NCBI GenBank assembly: GCA_040754655.1
Contig: JBFMCE010000006.1
Span: 1-58,766, forward strand
DNA length: 58,766 nt
Reading direction: 5' to 3'
From: Bdellovibrionota bacterium
GTDB taxonomy: Bacteria; Bdellovibrionota; UBA1018; UBA923
Shown piece after piece: positions 47,830 to 57,415 of the stretch. Made by a program: the position numbers and the translations under genes. The first letter of the stretch is position 1. The number at the start of each line of letters is the position of its first letter. A model generated the notes under the pieces. That model was not told where the DNA came from, made no database searches, and was given only the letters and a program-made list of their open reading frames with translations.

Positions 47830-48274
47830 CTTCGCGCCCTTTTCTCAATTCGGAAATCATGTGAAGCGACTCGATGAGTTTCGATACGCTTTGCTTACCT
47901 AGCTGATCCTCAAAATAATCTTCAAATGAATCAATTGTCTTCATGAGCCGCAGTGCAGCCCTCTTTCCTTCTAGTTTAAGTGCCAGACGATATTTTCTAG
48001 CGTCGCCCTGATCGAGTTGCCGTTTTACGAACCCTTTTCGCTCTAGATGAGAAATACAGTGGCTCACATTTCCGCGAGTCGTTCTGAAAATCGCAGCCAG
48101 GTTAGAGGGAGTGACTGTTTCGGATGGTTCAAAGAAAATAGAAATCAAAATGACCGCCTGCAAAAGATTGCAATCTTCCTTCTGAAGTTTTGAATTCAAA
48201 TCACGCCAAACGGAATCGTAGCTTGATCCGATCGCTAACAGCAGGCTTCTCTTGATGTATTGCTCTATCTTCAT
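47819..48274 (-). CDS. MarR-family transcriptional regulator
   Basis: TPSNLA....RGNVS..ISHLERKGFVKR...DARKYRL.L..EG winged helix. Confidence 0.9.
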   Translation of the reverse strand: MKIEQYIKRSLLLAIGSSYDSVWRDLNSKLQKEDCNLLQAVILISIFFEPSETVTPSNLAAIFRTTRGNVSHCISHLERKGFVKRQLDQGDARKYRLALKLEGKRAALRLMKTIDSFEDYFEDQLGKQSVSKLIESLHMISELRKGREVTL

Positions 48275-48285
48275 TTCTTACCTAT

Positions 48286-48318
48286 TAGTTTAGTAACTAA
48301 ACTATTTAGTTACTAAAT
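48286..48318. promoter_or_regulatory. Two abutting palindromic operators (core TTTAGT-N-ACTAAA)
   Basis: TAGTTTAGT-A-ACTAAACTA (48286-304) and ATTTAGT-T-ACTAAAT (48304-318) between marR and bioB. Confidence 0.75.
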
Positions 48319-48393
48319 TGTTTACTCCTAAATATGCGGTGCAGGCAAAGGTTTTTTGTTTCTAGATTGAGTTTGAATCGGCACACTCGCGGC

Positions 48394-49344
48394 ATGAACC
48401 GCCAACTCGATACTGCAAAAAAACATTACAGGCTACCTTTGTTTGACCTCATTTATGAAGCTCATAAAATTCATAGGGCTCATCACGATCCTAACCAAAT
48501 TCAAAAGTGCACCCTGCTTTCGATTAAAACCGGAGGATGCCCGGAAGACTGTGGTTATTGTCCTCAGTCGGCCCATTACGAGACGGGACTAGCGAAGCAA
48601 GAATTGCTTTCCATCGAAAAGGTTCAAGCTGCCGCAAAAAATGCAAAAGCGAACGGCGCCGATCGTTTTTGCATGGGCGCTGCGTGGAGGAACGTCAAAC
48701 ACAATGCGGACTTCGAACACGTTCTCGAGATGATTCGCGTCGTTAAAAGTGAAGGTCTTGAAGCGTGCGCCACATTGGGAATGCTGGCGCCCTCTCAAGC
48801 AGCAAGACTTAAAGATGCCGGTCTTGATGCTTACAACCACAATTTAGATACGAGCCGGGAGCACTACAAGAACATCATTAAGACTAGAACTTACGATGAT
48901 CGCCTCCAAACAATCCAAGCTGTGTCGGATGCCGGGATCAGTGTTTGTTGCGGCGGAATTCTAGGACTGGGTGAATCGGGAGAGGATCGCTGCGCTCTCA
49001 TTGCGGAGTTGGCTAGTCTCGATCCTCAACCCGAATCAGTACCGATCAATCTCTTGGTCGCCGTCGATGGGACTCCACTTCAAAATGAAAAAGCTGTCGA
49101 CCCGCTCGACCTTGTGCGGACGGTAGCGGTGACACGCCTTCTATTGCCAAAGGCCAGAATTCGCTTATCAGCAGGTCGATTGTCTTTGAGTTCAGAGGCC
49201 CAGGTTTTGGCATTCTTTGCTGGAGCTAATTCCATTTTTCTTGGCGAAAAACTCCTCACTCGCTCGAACCCAACTCCCGATGAGGATCATCGCCTACTTG
49301 CATCGTTAACGGGTGAGGCAGCCCATGTTTCCAGCCATTCTTGA
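48394..49344 (+). CDS. bioB: Biotin synthase
   Basis: [31 protein letters not shown] and PESVPIN. Confidence 0.97.
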   Translation: MNRQLDTAKKHYRLPLFDLIYEAHKIHRAHHDPNQIQKCTLLSIKTGGCPEDCGYCPQSAHYETGLAKQELLSIEKVQAAAKNAKANGADRFCMGAAWRNVKHNADFEHVLEMIRVVKSEGLEACATLGMLAPSQAARLKDAGLDAYNHNLDTSREHYKNIIKTRTYDDRLQTIQAVSDAGISVCCGGILGLGESGEDRCALIAELASLDPQPESVPINLLVAVDGTPLQNEKAVDPLDLVRTVAVTRLLLPKARIRLSAGRLSLSSEAQVLAFFAGANSIFLGEKLLTRSNPTPDEDHRLLASLTGEAAHVSSHS

Positions 49345-50449
49345 AAGTCGGATTTGCTCACTCGAGGCATTGCATCTAAGGAGACGACTCCAACCCGCCT
49401 CAGGGATTGATTTTACTTCAAACGATTATCTTGGCTTTGTCTGCGATCCTGTTCTTAGTGATCGATTTCATCAGTCTTGTGGGGGACTCCCTCTGAGTGC
49501 CGGGGGCTCTCGCTTGCTCCGGGGTCAACTCGACATTTTTAACGAAACGGAAGAAACCCTCGCTCGGTTCTCAGGTCGAGAAGTCGCATTACTTTTTCCG
49601 TCTGGATATCAGGCTAATCTTGGTCTGCTCTCCGCTCTACTTCGAGCAGAAGACACCGTGTTTTCTGATGAACTCAATCACGCGTCGATCGTAGATGGCA
49701 TCAAGCTCAGTCGCGCAAAAAAAGTGGTTTATCCGCACCATAATCTCACTGCGTTGAGAGAGGCGTTGATCGCTCAAGGAAATACAGGCGGTATCCGACT
49801 GATCGTGACCGAGAGTGTCTTTAGTATGGATGGAGATATCGCGCCGCTGAGGTCACTTGCCGATCTTGCAGAAGAATATGACGCGATCCTAATCGTCGAC
49901 GAGGCACATGCGACTGGCCTCTTTGACGCTGGAATAGTGAAACACCAGGGTTTGTCGGAGCGAGTATTCGCGACGGTTCACACAGGTGGTAAAGTACTAG
50001 GTGCATCAGGAGCCTGGGTTGCGGGCAGTACACAACTTCGGGATTACCTGATTCAGTTTTCGAGGCCGTTCATTTACTCGACGGCGCCGTTTCCGGCGCA
50101 AGCGCTTTTACTGAAGCTCGCTGTCGAACATTGGAGAGATGTAGGACGGAAACGCAGCAAAACTCTTTTTGAAAAGGTTCGCTTCTTTAGAAATGAGCTA
50201 GGACCATCGGTTGAGGTTCCAAGCACCGAGAGCCCAATCCTTCCCATTCTTATTGGGAATACAGAGCGAGCCCTAAAAGTCACAGACCATCTTCAAAAGA
50301 GCGGTTTTGATATTCGAGCAATTCGACCGCCAACTGTTCCGCCCGGTGGAGATCGTCTTCGAGTTATCTTGCATTGGCAAAACTCCGAGGCCGAAATACT
50401 TGCACTAGCTCAATCGCTCAAATTCGTTTTAGAGAAGGAACGCTTCTGA
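49325..50449 (+). CDS. bioF: 8-amino-7-oxononanoate synthase
   Basis: [27 protein letters not shown] and IRPPTVP. Confidence 0.95.
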   Translation: MFPAILESRICSLEALHLRRRLQPASGIDFTSNDYLGFVCDPVLSDRFHQSCGGLPLSAGGSRLLRGQLDIFNETEETLARFSGREVALLFPSGYQANLGLLSALLRAEDTVFSDELNHASIVDGIKLSRAKKVVYPHHNLTALREALIAQGNTGGIRLIVTESVFSMDGDIAPLRSLADLAEEYDAILIVDEAHATGLFDAGIVKHQGLSERVFATVHTGGKVLGASGAWVAGSTQLRDYLIQFSRPFIYSTAPFPAQALLLKLAVEHWRDVGRKRSKTLFEKVRFFRNELGPSVEVPSTESPILPILIGNTERALKVTDHLQKSGFDIRAIRPPTVPPGGDRLRVILHWQNSEAEILALAQSLKFVLEKERF

Positions 50450-51120
50450 TGTCCGGCATTTTTATAACGGGAACCGATACCAATATTGGAAAGACAACGG
50501 TCAGCGCGATCCTTTGTTCGGCTCTACGTCAGCACAAGGCCAACGGTGGATACTTCAAACCTGTTCAGACAGGACCAGATGATGACGCTGCGACTGTTCA
50601 AAGATTCTCTGGCATCGGTTCAGAAAATATTCTTGGCTCCGTGTATTCTTTCCCCGAGTCTATTTCACCTCACCGCGCGGCTGAAGAATATCAACAGAAA
50701 ATTCAGCTGCCAAAGATTTATAGTGCATGGAGCAACCGACCCAAAAAATCATGGATCGTTGAAGGCGCAGGTGGACTACTTGTTCCATTGGCTTCTAACA
50801 CAACCATGAGAGATTTGGCTCGCGCTCTCGACCTTCCTTTGCTCGTTGTCGCATCGACGCGGCTGGGTACGATCAATCATACTCTACTCACGATTGAAGC
50901 AGCGAGGGCCACTCAACTTCGCATAGTCGGCATTGTACTAAACGGTTCTAGTGATTCGGGTTTAGCTCAGACGTTGGAGACATTCTCTGGGACAAGTGTG
51001 TTGGCTGAGGTTCCGAATATCGAAGACCTCAATGCCGATCGCATTGCGGCTACTGCGCTCGAAATATTTCCAATAAACATTCTTAATCGCATTTTTGATG
51101 GATGCCTTAATGTCGAATAA
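50449..51120 (+). CDS. bioD: Dethiobiotin synthase
   Basis: FITGTDTNIGKT, KPVQTG, VEGAGG and LGTINHTLLT. Confidence 0.96.
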   Translation: MSGIFITGTDTNIGKTTVSAILCSALRQHKANGGYFKPVQTGPDDDAATVQRFSGIGSENILGSVYSFPESISPHRAAEEYQQKIQLPKIYSAWSNRPKKSWIVEGAGGLLVPLASNTTMRDLARALDLPLLVVASTRLGTINHTLLTIEAARATQLRIVGIVLNGSSDSGLAQTLETFSGTSVLAEVPNIEDLNADRIAATALEIFPINILNRIFDGCLNVE

Positions 51121-52387
51121 CACTCAGTCATTGCAGGAGATGGATCATGAATTTATTTGGCATCCATATTCTCAACACGGATCAAACCAGGATATTTTGC
51201 CAGTCATCTCAGCCAAGGGCGCTTATCTCACTTTAGAAAATGGACGGGAGATTTTGGACGCCATCTCCTCGTGGTGGGTCAACATCCACGGACATGCGCA
51301 CCCAACTATCACTGAGGCCATCGCCACACAGGCAAAGCGCATTGACCACGTGATGTTCGCTGGATTTACTCATGCACCAGCCGTCGAGTTAGCGCGTATC
51401 TTGGTGACAGCGACGAGAGCCAGAGGTATGCGATTGGACCGTGTTTTTTATTCGGACAATGGCTCAACTGCTGTTGAGGTCGCACTAAAGATGGCGTTTC
51501 AGTACCACTACAATCGCGGCGATAAAACTCGAACGCGATTCATCGCGCTTCGTGGTTCCTATCATGGCGATACGCTAGGAGCGATGGCCGTGGGTGAGCC
51601 CGAGGGATTTCACACGCAGTTCCGACGATTGTTGACGGAAGTCGATTTTGTTACTCCCGGAAATATTTCAGAACTAGAAGAACTCATCGCAAAAAACTCT
51701 GAATCACACGCCGCTTTTATTTTTGAACCGATGGTTCAAGGCGCCAGTGGGATGCAGATGTACCCAGCGGCCTACTTAGAAGCTGCGGTTTACCTTTGCA
51801 AAAAACACCGAGTGCTAACGATCGCGGACGAGGTTTTTACGGGCTTTTATCGCACCGGAAAATGTTTAGCTTCTGAACATGCTAGGCTATCCCCCGATTT
51901 ATTTTGTCTCTCAAAGGGCATCACCGGCGGCATTCTGCCTCTTGCCGTTACGTTAGCAAGTGAAGAAATATTCGATGCGTTTTTATCAAAAGATTTAAGT
52001 TCAGCATTTTTGCATGGCCACTCCTATACCGCAAATCCAATTGCCTGCGCCGCCGCAATAGCGTCATGGAAACTACTCCAAACACCGAAGTGCCTCTCTC
52101 GTATTGAGGAGATCACCTCCGTGACTCACCAATCAGTTCAACGGCTCAAGACTCATCCTAAGGTTGCTGCGACCCGAAGCCTCGGCACGATCGGAGCGAT
52201 CGAGTTAAATGTTCCGGACGGTTACTTTTCTGACCTTGGATCCAAGCTTCTGCGTGCCGCCCTAGAAAGAAATGTGCTCCTAAGACCCTTGGGTCGGGTG
52301 GTGTACGCAGTCCCGCCGTATTGCACCACCCCGGATGAGGTTCGAAGAATTTACAACGTGATGGAGGAAATCATCGATGAACTTTGA
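51110..52387 (+). CDS. bioA: Adenosylmethionine-8-amino-7-oxononanoate aminotransferase
   Basis: IWHPYSQ, SSWWVNIHGH, DNGSTAVEVALK, YHGDT, SKGITGG and HGHSYTANP. Confidence 0.96.
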   Translation: MSNNTQSLQEMDHEFIWHPYSQHGSNQDILPVISAKGAYLTLENGREILDAISSWWVNIHGHAHPTITEAIATQAKRIDHVMFAGFTHAPAVELARILVTATRARGMRLDRVFYSDNGSTAVEVALKMAFQYHYNRGDKTRTRFIALRGSYHGDTLGAMAVGEPEGFHTQFRRLLTEVDFVTPGNISELEELIAKNSESHAAFIFEPMVQGASGMQMYPAAYLEAAVYLCKKHRVLTIADEVFTGFYRTGKCLASEHARLSPDLFCLSKGITGGILPLAVTLASEEIFDAFLSKDLSSAFLHGHSYTANPIACAAAIASWKLLQTPKCLSRIEEITSVTHQSVQRLKTHPKVAATRSLGTIGAIELNVPDGYFSDLGSKLLRAALERNVLLRPLGRVVYAVPPYCTTPDEVRRIYNVMEEIIDEL

Positions 52388-53078
52388 AACCCTAATCGAG
52401 AGTTTCGGAGACGACATTCGGTTACATGCTCGACTCGTAAATACTTTTAGTTTTATGGAATATATCGGCGCTCGAAAGATCATGAAGAGCCAGATCGAGG
52501 ATCGGATTTCAGAAAGCCTCTTGAGCCACATGGCCGAAGAAATCCGACATGCCCAAGTCCTAAAACGCTTGGCGCTAAAGATGAGCGGAGGAGAATTGGG
52601 ATCGTATACAAGCAATCATATCCTTGGCGGACACGCAGCTCATGAATACATGCAGGCGGTCGATCGCGGTGCTAGTGACATTCTGGCAACGAAGGATACC
52701 TGGCTGGCCTATACGTGTGCGACGTGGTTGATCGAAGAGCGCGCGATGCGTGTTTACCCAAGCTATGAGGCTACTTTGGAGCGACTTGGATTCTCTGGCT
52801 ACTTGCGTGGGATTTTGAGGGATGAGGAGAAGCATCTCGCGGATGTTCGACGAGAAATGACTCTTCCAGCCGGTTCAGTGACGGCTCTCCTGGCGTTAGA
52901 GACTTCGGCCTTTGATCGTTTTTTGTCCTGTCTTCCAGGGGGACTGGGGGCTAAGCCCTCAGACGAATTATCGGGGGCTGACGTCAGACCCCTTGCTTGC
53001 CCGCCCCAAGCTACCCACTTTCAAACGCAAAAAAAACAAGACAACACCCAAACTAAAGATGACCAAACCACGCCATGA
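52377..53078 (+). CDS. Ferritin-like diiron protein, BioE-like (putative pimelate-precursor-forming oxygenase)
   Basis: NTFSFME.IGARKI, EEIRH, IEERA and DEEKH (E/ExxH/E/ExxH); overlaps the end of bioA. Confidence 0.75.
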   Translation: MNFETLIESFGDDIRLHARLVNTFSFMEYIGARKIMKSQIEDRISESLLSHMAEEIRHAQVLKRLALKMSGGELGSYTSNHILGGHAAHEYMQAVDRGASDILATKDTWLAYTCATWLIEERAMRVYPSYEATLERLGFSGYLRGILRDEEKHLADVRREMTLPAGSVTALLALETSAFDRFLSCLPGGLGAKPSDELSGADVRPLACPPQATHFQTQKKQDNTQTKDDQTTP

Positions 53079-53094
53079 ATTTTGTTTATTTCCT

Positions 53095-53484
53095 TCATCC
53101 CTTTTGCGTATTCCCACGGAAAAACTCTGCGATCTCCTCTTTCGAGGCCTTGCCCTTGGCCGCGGCTAAAACGACCTCTTCGTACTTCTCTTCCTTGGCG
53201 GTGAGCTCAATGTCGTTCATCGCAAGAAACACGACAGCTGAGACAGCTCCGACCCGCTTGTTGCCATCTAAGAAGGGGTGATTTTGAACAATATGGAAGA
53301 GGTACGCTGCCGCCATCTCATAGAGATCCGCGTGCAAATAGCTACCGCCAAATGAAACAGAAGGCTGGGCTAAAGCGGATTGCAGCAAGCCCTGGTCGCG
53401 TATTCCTAAAGTTCCGCCATAGTGCTCGATTTGATCTCGATGGATCTCAAGCACTTCATCCAAACGAAGAAAGATGGGTTCCAT
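53095..53484 (-). CDS. doc: Death-on-curing (Doc/Fic) family toxin
   Basis: GIRDQGLLQSAL.QP and NHPFLDGNKR. Confidence 0.93.
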   Translation of the reverse strand: MEPIFLRLDEVLEIHRDQIEHYGGTLGIRDQGLLQSALAQPSVSFGGSYLHADLYEMAAAYLFHIVQNHPFLDGNKRVGAVSAVVFLAMNDIELTAKEEKYEEVVLAAAKGKASKEEIAEFFRGNTQKG

Positions 53485-53491
53485 TGCAAGC

Positions 53492-53716
53492 TCACGCGAG
53501 GCGCTTCAACATGCGGCCATATTTTTTGTTCGTGCGCTCTAATGCTTCTTGGAACTTCTTCTGCCGCTTTTCATCCCGAACGGGGGCAATGATCAGCACT
53601 TGTCCGTCAGTGGAAACATCCAGGGGTGTTTCCGGATCGATCTTCAGCAAGTCGAGGACGGGCCGATCAATCACAAGCGCATGACTGTTTCCGTGTTTCG
53701 TGAGTTTTTTGATCAT
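53492..53716 (-). CDS. AbrB/MazE-family antitoxin
   Basis: KLTKHGNSHALVID; AAGGAGG RBS before ATG 53716; upstream of doc. Confidence 0.9.
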   Translation of the reverse strand: MIKKLTKHGNSHALVIDRPVLDLLKIDPETPLDVSTDGQVLIIAPVRDEKRQKKFQEALERTNKKYGRMLKRLA

Positions 53717-54009
53717 AACAATCCTCCTTATGGGTGATCCAATGTTAATACAATGTATCACCAGTTGAGTCGTCTGGCAAGGTTCACTTAAAATACCGTT
53801 TAATTTTATCGAGTTACATGGGTGCAAACGAGGTCCAAATATTTCAATAGGCCATATTGACGCATGACAAAATAAAGCCTACAAATAAGCCGCTCGCAAC
53901 TCTTACGAGTGAGTGAGGCTCCTACCACCACGGCGGAGCATTTTTCAAACTCAAGCTCATCCTACTACAAAAAGCGGATGTGCTGATCCTGAAAAGGAGA
54001 AGCATCCGC

Positions 54010-54390
54010 ATGCCACATGAACCAACCTATTCATTGGAAACGAGTCCCAAAGAATCTTCACGCATATCGCGTGACCACAAACGCACAACCGTCCGTTTTA
54101 CAGATGACGAGTTCGAGCGAATCCAGGAAGAGGCACGCATCAGCGGATTCAGTGTCCCCGACCTTCTGAGAGAAAGTCATTTCAAACGGAGAAAGTTGAA
54201 ACTTCTTTTCAACGAAGGAGAGCGACATTGGGTGTGCGCCGAGCTCAGGCGCATCGGAAGCAACGTCAATCAGATTGCCTACCGCGTAAACAGCGGCACT
54301 CTCGAAGGATGGTACGAGGAGTTTGGAAAAGTGCTCCAACTTCTCTCTGAGCTTCAGCAGATGGCAGTGGGTGCTTATGGCTTACGTTAG
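54010..54390 (+). CDS. mobC: Plasmid mobilization relaxosome protein
   Basis: VRFT..E RHH N-terminus and ELRRIGSNVNQIA motif. Confidence 0.9.
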   Translation: MPHEPTYSLETSPKESSRISRDHKRTTVRFTDDEFERIQEEARISGFSVPDLLRESHFKRRKLKLLFNEGERHWVCAELRRIGSNVNQIAYRVNSGTLEGWYEEFGKVLQLLSELQQMAVGAYGLR

Positions 54391-55255
54391 CATTGAATGG
54401 TCGAAAAACGCCGCAGCCGAATTGAAGTACGTTTTGAAAGAGCGTGGCGACCGGGACGTGACCAGTACGAGCGGATGCAGAGTTGAAAACGCAATCGATG
54501 ACTTTGAATCAGTGAGGCAAGAGCATCGAAATAACGGCGGCAATCAGGCGCTTCACATCGTTCAATCTTTTAGTTCCTCAGATAGTCAAAAGCTTGCGCC
54601 TGATGAGTACAATGCGATTGGGAAAAAGTTAGCGGAAGAGAACTTTCCTGGGCACCAGTTCGTGGTTCGCACGCACACCGACAAGACCCACATCCATAAC
54701 CATATCGTTCTCAATACAGTGAGTGCGGATACGGGGCGGAAGATCGAAAACAAACGCTCCCTGATCGAGCGTCTTCATCGTTCAAGTGACAAGCTTTGCC
54801 TTGAGTATGGATTATCCATCATCAACCCAGAGGCACACGAGCGAGGAGCAAGGTTGCCGCGAAGTGTTCAGCAGATGGTGCGACACGGGAAGAAGTCCTA
54901 CATTTTTGATCTCGTGCAAAAGGCTGATGTCGCGCGAAGCATTGCGACAAGCTTTGATGAATATCGAGACACGCTTTCAGGCTTTGGCATCCGAACGGTG
55001 ATCGAGGCAAAGAACATTTCTTATTTTTATCCTGGTAAAGAAAGAGGAAAGCGCGGTTCAAAATTAGGAAAAGACTATGACAAATCCGGTCTCGTCGAAG
55101 CGTTCAGATCAAATGACGAGAAATTCGCCAAAAACCCAACCCTGAAAACTCAACTCCTGGGGCAATACGAACAAATCAAAAAATATGGAATGCAAACCAC
55201 GGTTTCAAACCCAGCCAGAAAGCGCGGGATAGCGCCGGCCACCACCAGTAAGTAA
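54377..55255 (+). CDS. Relaxase/mobilization nuclease (MOBP-like), C-terminally truncated by IS
   Basis: LKYV, HIVQSF and HTDKTHIHNHIV; last ~21 codons derive from the IS left end (from 55191). Confidence 0.88.
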   Translation: MAYVSIEWSKNAAAELKYVLKERGDRDVTSTSGCRVENAIDDFESVRQEHRNNGGNQALHIVQSFSSSDSQKLAPDEYNAIGKKLAEENFPGHQFVVRTHTDKTHIHNHIVLNTVSADTGRKIENKRSLIERLHRSSDKLCLEYGLSIINPEAHERGARLPRSVQQMVRHGKKSYIFDLVQKADVARSIATSFDEYRDTLSGFGIRTVIEAKNISYFYPGKERGKRGSKLGKDYDKSGLVEAFRSNDEKFAKNPTLKTQLLGQYEQIKKYGMQTTVSNPARKRGIAPATTSK

Positions 55256-55316
55256 ATCGCGGCATCGAATTAGGCCAGAGCGACGTCTGATAAACTAATC
55301 ACATAGACAAAAAGAA

Positions 55317-55344
55317 GGGAGAGCTTGGTGGAACAAGCTCTCCC
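55317..55344 (-). terminator. Perfect 11-bp hairpin inside the IS left end (terminator for outward transcription)
   Basis: GGGAGAGCTTG-gtggaa-CAAGCTCTCCC preceded by AAAAAGAA (U-tract on the minus strand). Confidence 0.55.
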
Positions 55345-55446
55345 CGAAGTTTGCTTCCGATCGAACCACGATCAAGACTCAAACAGTACTAACGTTGATC
55401 TTACCTGCAATCCCAGGGCTTGGTCCATCTGAAGCATTAAACGCAG

Positions 55447-55854
55447 ATGTTGTGGATGGGCTTCATGGACGGGGTCTCGGTGGAATGTGGTAGTTGCGGC
55501 GTTTGTTTTGTGGTTTGCCGTAGGTGTTGGCGAGGGCAACGATATTGCTCAGATGAATGCTCACGCCTAGGAAGGCTTGCTTCGCGCCGAGAATCTCAAC
55601 GTCGCTATGCTGCAAGCCATCTTGGAAGAATCAGCCATCAGCGAAGGCAGCGCAGTTATCGGCTCGTACGCGCAGCAAGAAAAATCGAGACTGATCATAC
55701 TGCAATAACCAAAATCCATTCAGTAAAAGCATCAACACAGCCAGGCCATTGTCAGTTCTGCGGAAGAAAACCAAAGAGGCTCATTGTGCCGGCGAAAATA
55801 TTTAAAAATTTATTATCGTTTCGAAGGAGTAAGCCTTCCGATGCTTTCAGCTGA
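55447..55854 (+). CDS. Cys-rich, Arg-rich accessory ORF of the IS21 element
   Basis: CGSC...CRRCWRGQRYCSDEC and CQFCG; overlaps the istA start. Confidence 0.7.
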   Translation: MLWMGFMDGVSVECGSCGVCFVVCRRCWRGQRYCSDECSRLGRLASRRESQRRYAASHLGRISHQRRQRSYRLVRAARKIETDHTAITKIHSVKASTQPGHCQFCGRKPKRLIVPAKIFKNLLSFRRSKPSDAFS

Positions 55855-57415
55855 GCTTCAATCACAAATTTTGGCCCTTCACTACGGCTCTCACCGCACA
55901 ATTAGGTCAATTGCGCGTGAGCTAGGTATTAGCCGCGACACGGTGGATGCCGTCATCAAACGCAGAAGCGTCAGACTTGAGCCAGTAGCGAGGTCACGCT
56001 CAAGTATTCTAGATCCCTTCAAAGATCAGGTTCTAGAACTTCTGAGGAAAGATCCACGGATCACCCACACGGCAGTACTCGTACACTTACGAGAGCAAGG
56101 CTATTTAGGAGGACTTACGATTGTTCGTGACTTTGTGAACGAGAGCAGAACGATCCCCGTGTCCAAACGCGAAGCTTTCTTACGATTGCATTTTGCTGCT
56201 GGTGAATGCGCCCAGGTCGACTGGGGTGAGTTTGGTGATGTGTTCCGCGACGGCACCAAGATTCATTGCTTTGCGATGGTACTGTGCCACTCGCGGTACA
56301 TGACCATTGAGTTTACCAGGTCTGAGAAGTTTGAAGATTTTATCAGGTGCCACGAAAACGCATTCCGATTTTTTGGCGGTGTTCCACGCGAGTGTTGGTA
56401 CGATAACCTCACATCGGCTGTGACTGACAGATTAGGACAACTTGTAAAGTTCAATGCGCGCTTTCTAGCGTACATGGGCCATCACGGCATCAGACCACAT
56501 GCGTGCAATCCAGCACGAGCCAATGAAAAAGGCCGAGTGGAAGATCTCATCAAGTTCATTCGCATGAACTTTTGGCCGGGTCGTGAGTTTAAAGATTTTG
56601 AAGACTTAACAAGGCAAGCCATTGTCTGGAAAAACCAATTTGCCAATCAACGCGTACATGGAAGCACGAGGCGCGTGCCGAGGCTTCACTTTGAGGCTGA
56701 TGAAAAACCAGCTCTTCTGCCTATGAATCAGGCCAGGTACGATACCGATGAGATTTTTACGCGCGTTGTACCACCTGACTTCCACATTCCCTACGACACT
56801 AATCGATACTCCGTGCCATGGAGCTTAACCGGCTTAAGCGTCACGCTGCGCGTGACGGCAATCGACATCAAAATTTATTATCATGAGCGGCTCATCACTT
56901 CGCACCCAAGGTCTTTTGCCAAACACAAAGTGATCACCAATGAAAAGCACATGACAGGCCTTCTTGAGCGAAAGCCTGGTGGATCAAGAGAAGGTTGGCA
57001 GATCGCTGCCGTCAAGCAGATCGGCCCGCGCATGAGTGAGTACTTAGATCTCATCAAATCAGGACAAAAATCTCTTCGTAATGAGCTTGGAAAGATTCTG
57101 GCACTCGCTACCATTTACGGCGACAAGACGGTTCACGAAGCCATTGAGTCATGCCTTCACGCAGGCGTTGTCGGGGTTGAAAATCTTGAACTCACGCTTC
57201 GCAGGCAAAATCCTGGCTCAAGCACAAAGCTATCTCCAGGCCCACTTAACTTCCAAAATCAAAAACTTAATCGGGTGGTCCCGATCGTCGATCTCAGGCG
57301 TTATGACGCGCTTTTGTTTGAAGCCGATGCATTAAACCAAAGCGCGTCGCCTAAGGAGAGCAAAGACCATGGATACACAAGCGACAATCGATCCGAATCA
57401 GACGAGAGTTTCTGA
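55841..57415 (+). CDS. istA: IS21 transposase IstA
   Basis: HTH SIARELGISRDTV, AQVDWG, YDN and EKGRVE DDE motifs; AAGGAG RBS before ATG 55841. Confidence 0.95.
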   Translation: MLSAELQSQILALHYGSHRTIRSIARELGISRDTVDAVIKRRSVRLEPVARSRSSILDPFKDQVLELLRKDPRITHTAVLVHLREQGYLGGLTIVRDFVNESRTIPVSKREAFLRLHFAAGECAQVDWGEFGDVFRDGTKIHCFAMVLCHSRYMTIEFTRSEKFEDFIRCHENAFRFFGGVPRECWYDNLTSAVTDRLGQLVKFNARFLAYMGHHGIRPHACNPARANEKGRVEDLIKFIRMNFWPGREFKDFEDLTRQAIVWKNQFANQRVHGSTRRVPRLHFEADEKPALLPMNQARYDTDEIFTRVVPPDFHIPYDTNRYSVPWSLTGLSVTLRVTAIDIKIYYHERLITSHPRSFAKHKVITNEKHMTGLLERKPGGSREGWQIAAVKQIGPRMSEYLDLIKSGQKSLRNELGKILALATIYGDKTVHEAIESCLHAGVVGVENLELTLRRQNPGSSTKLSPGPLNFQNQKLNRVVPIVDLRRYDALLFEADALNQSASPKESKDHGYTSDNRSESDESF

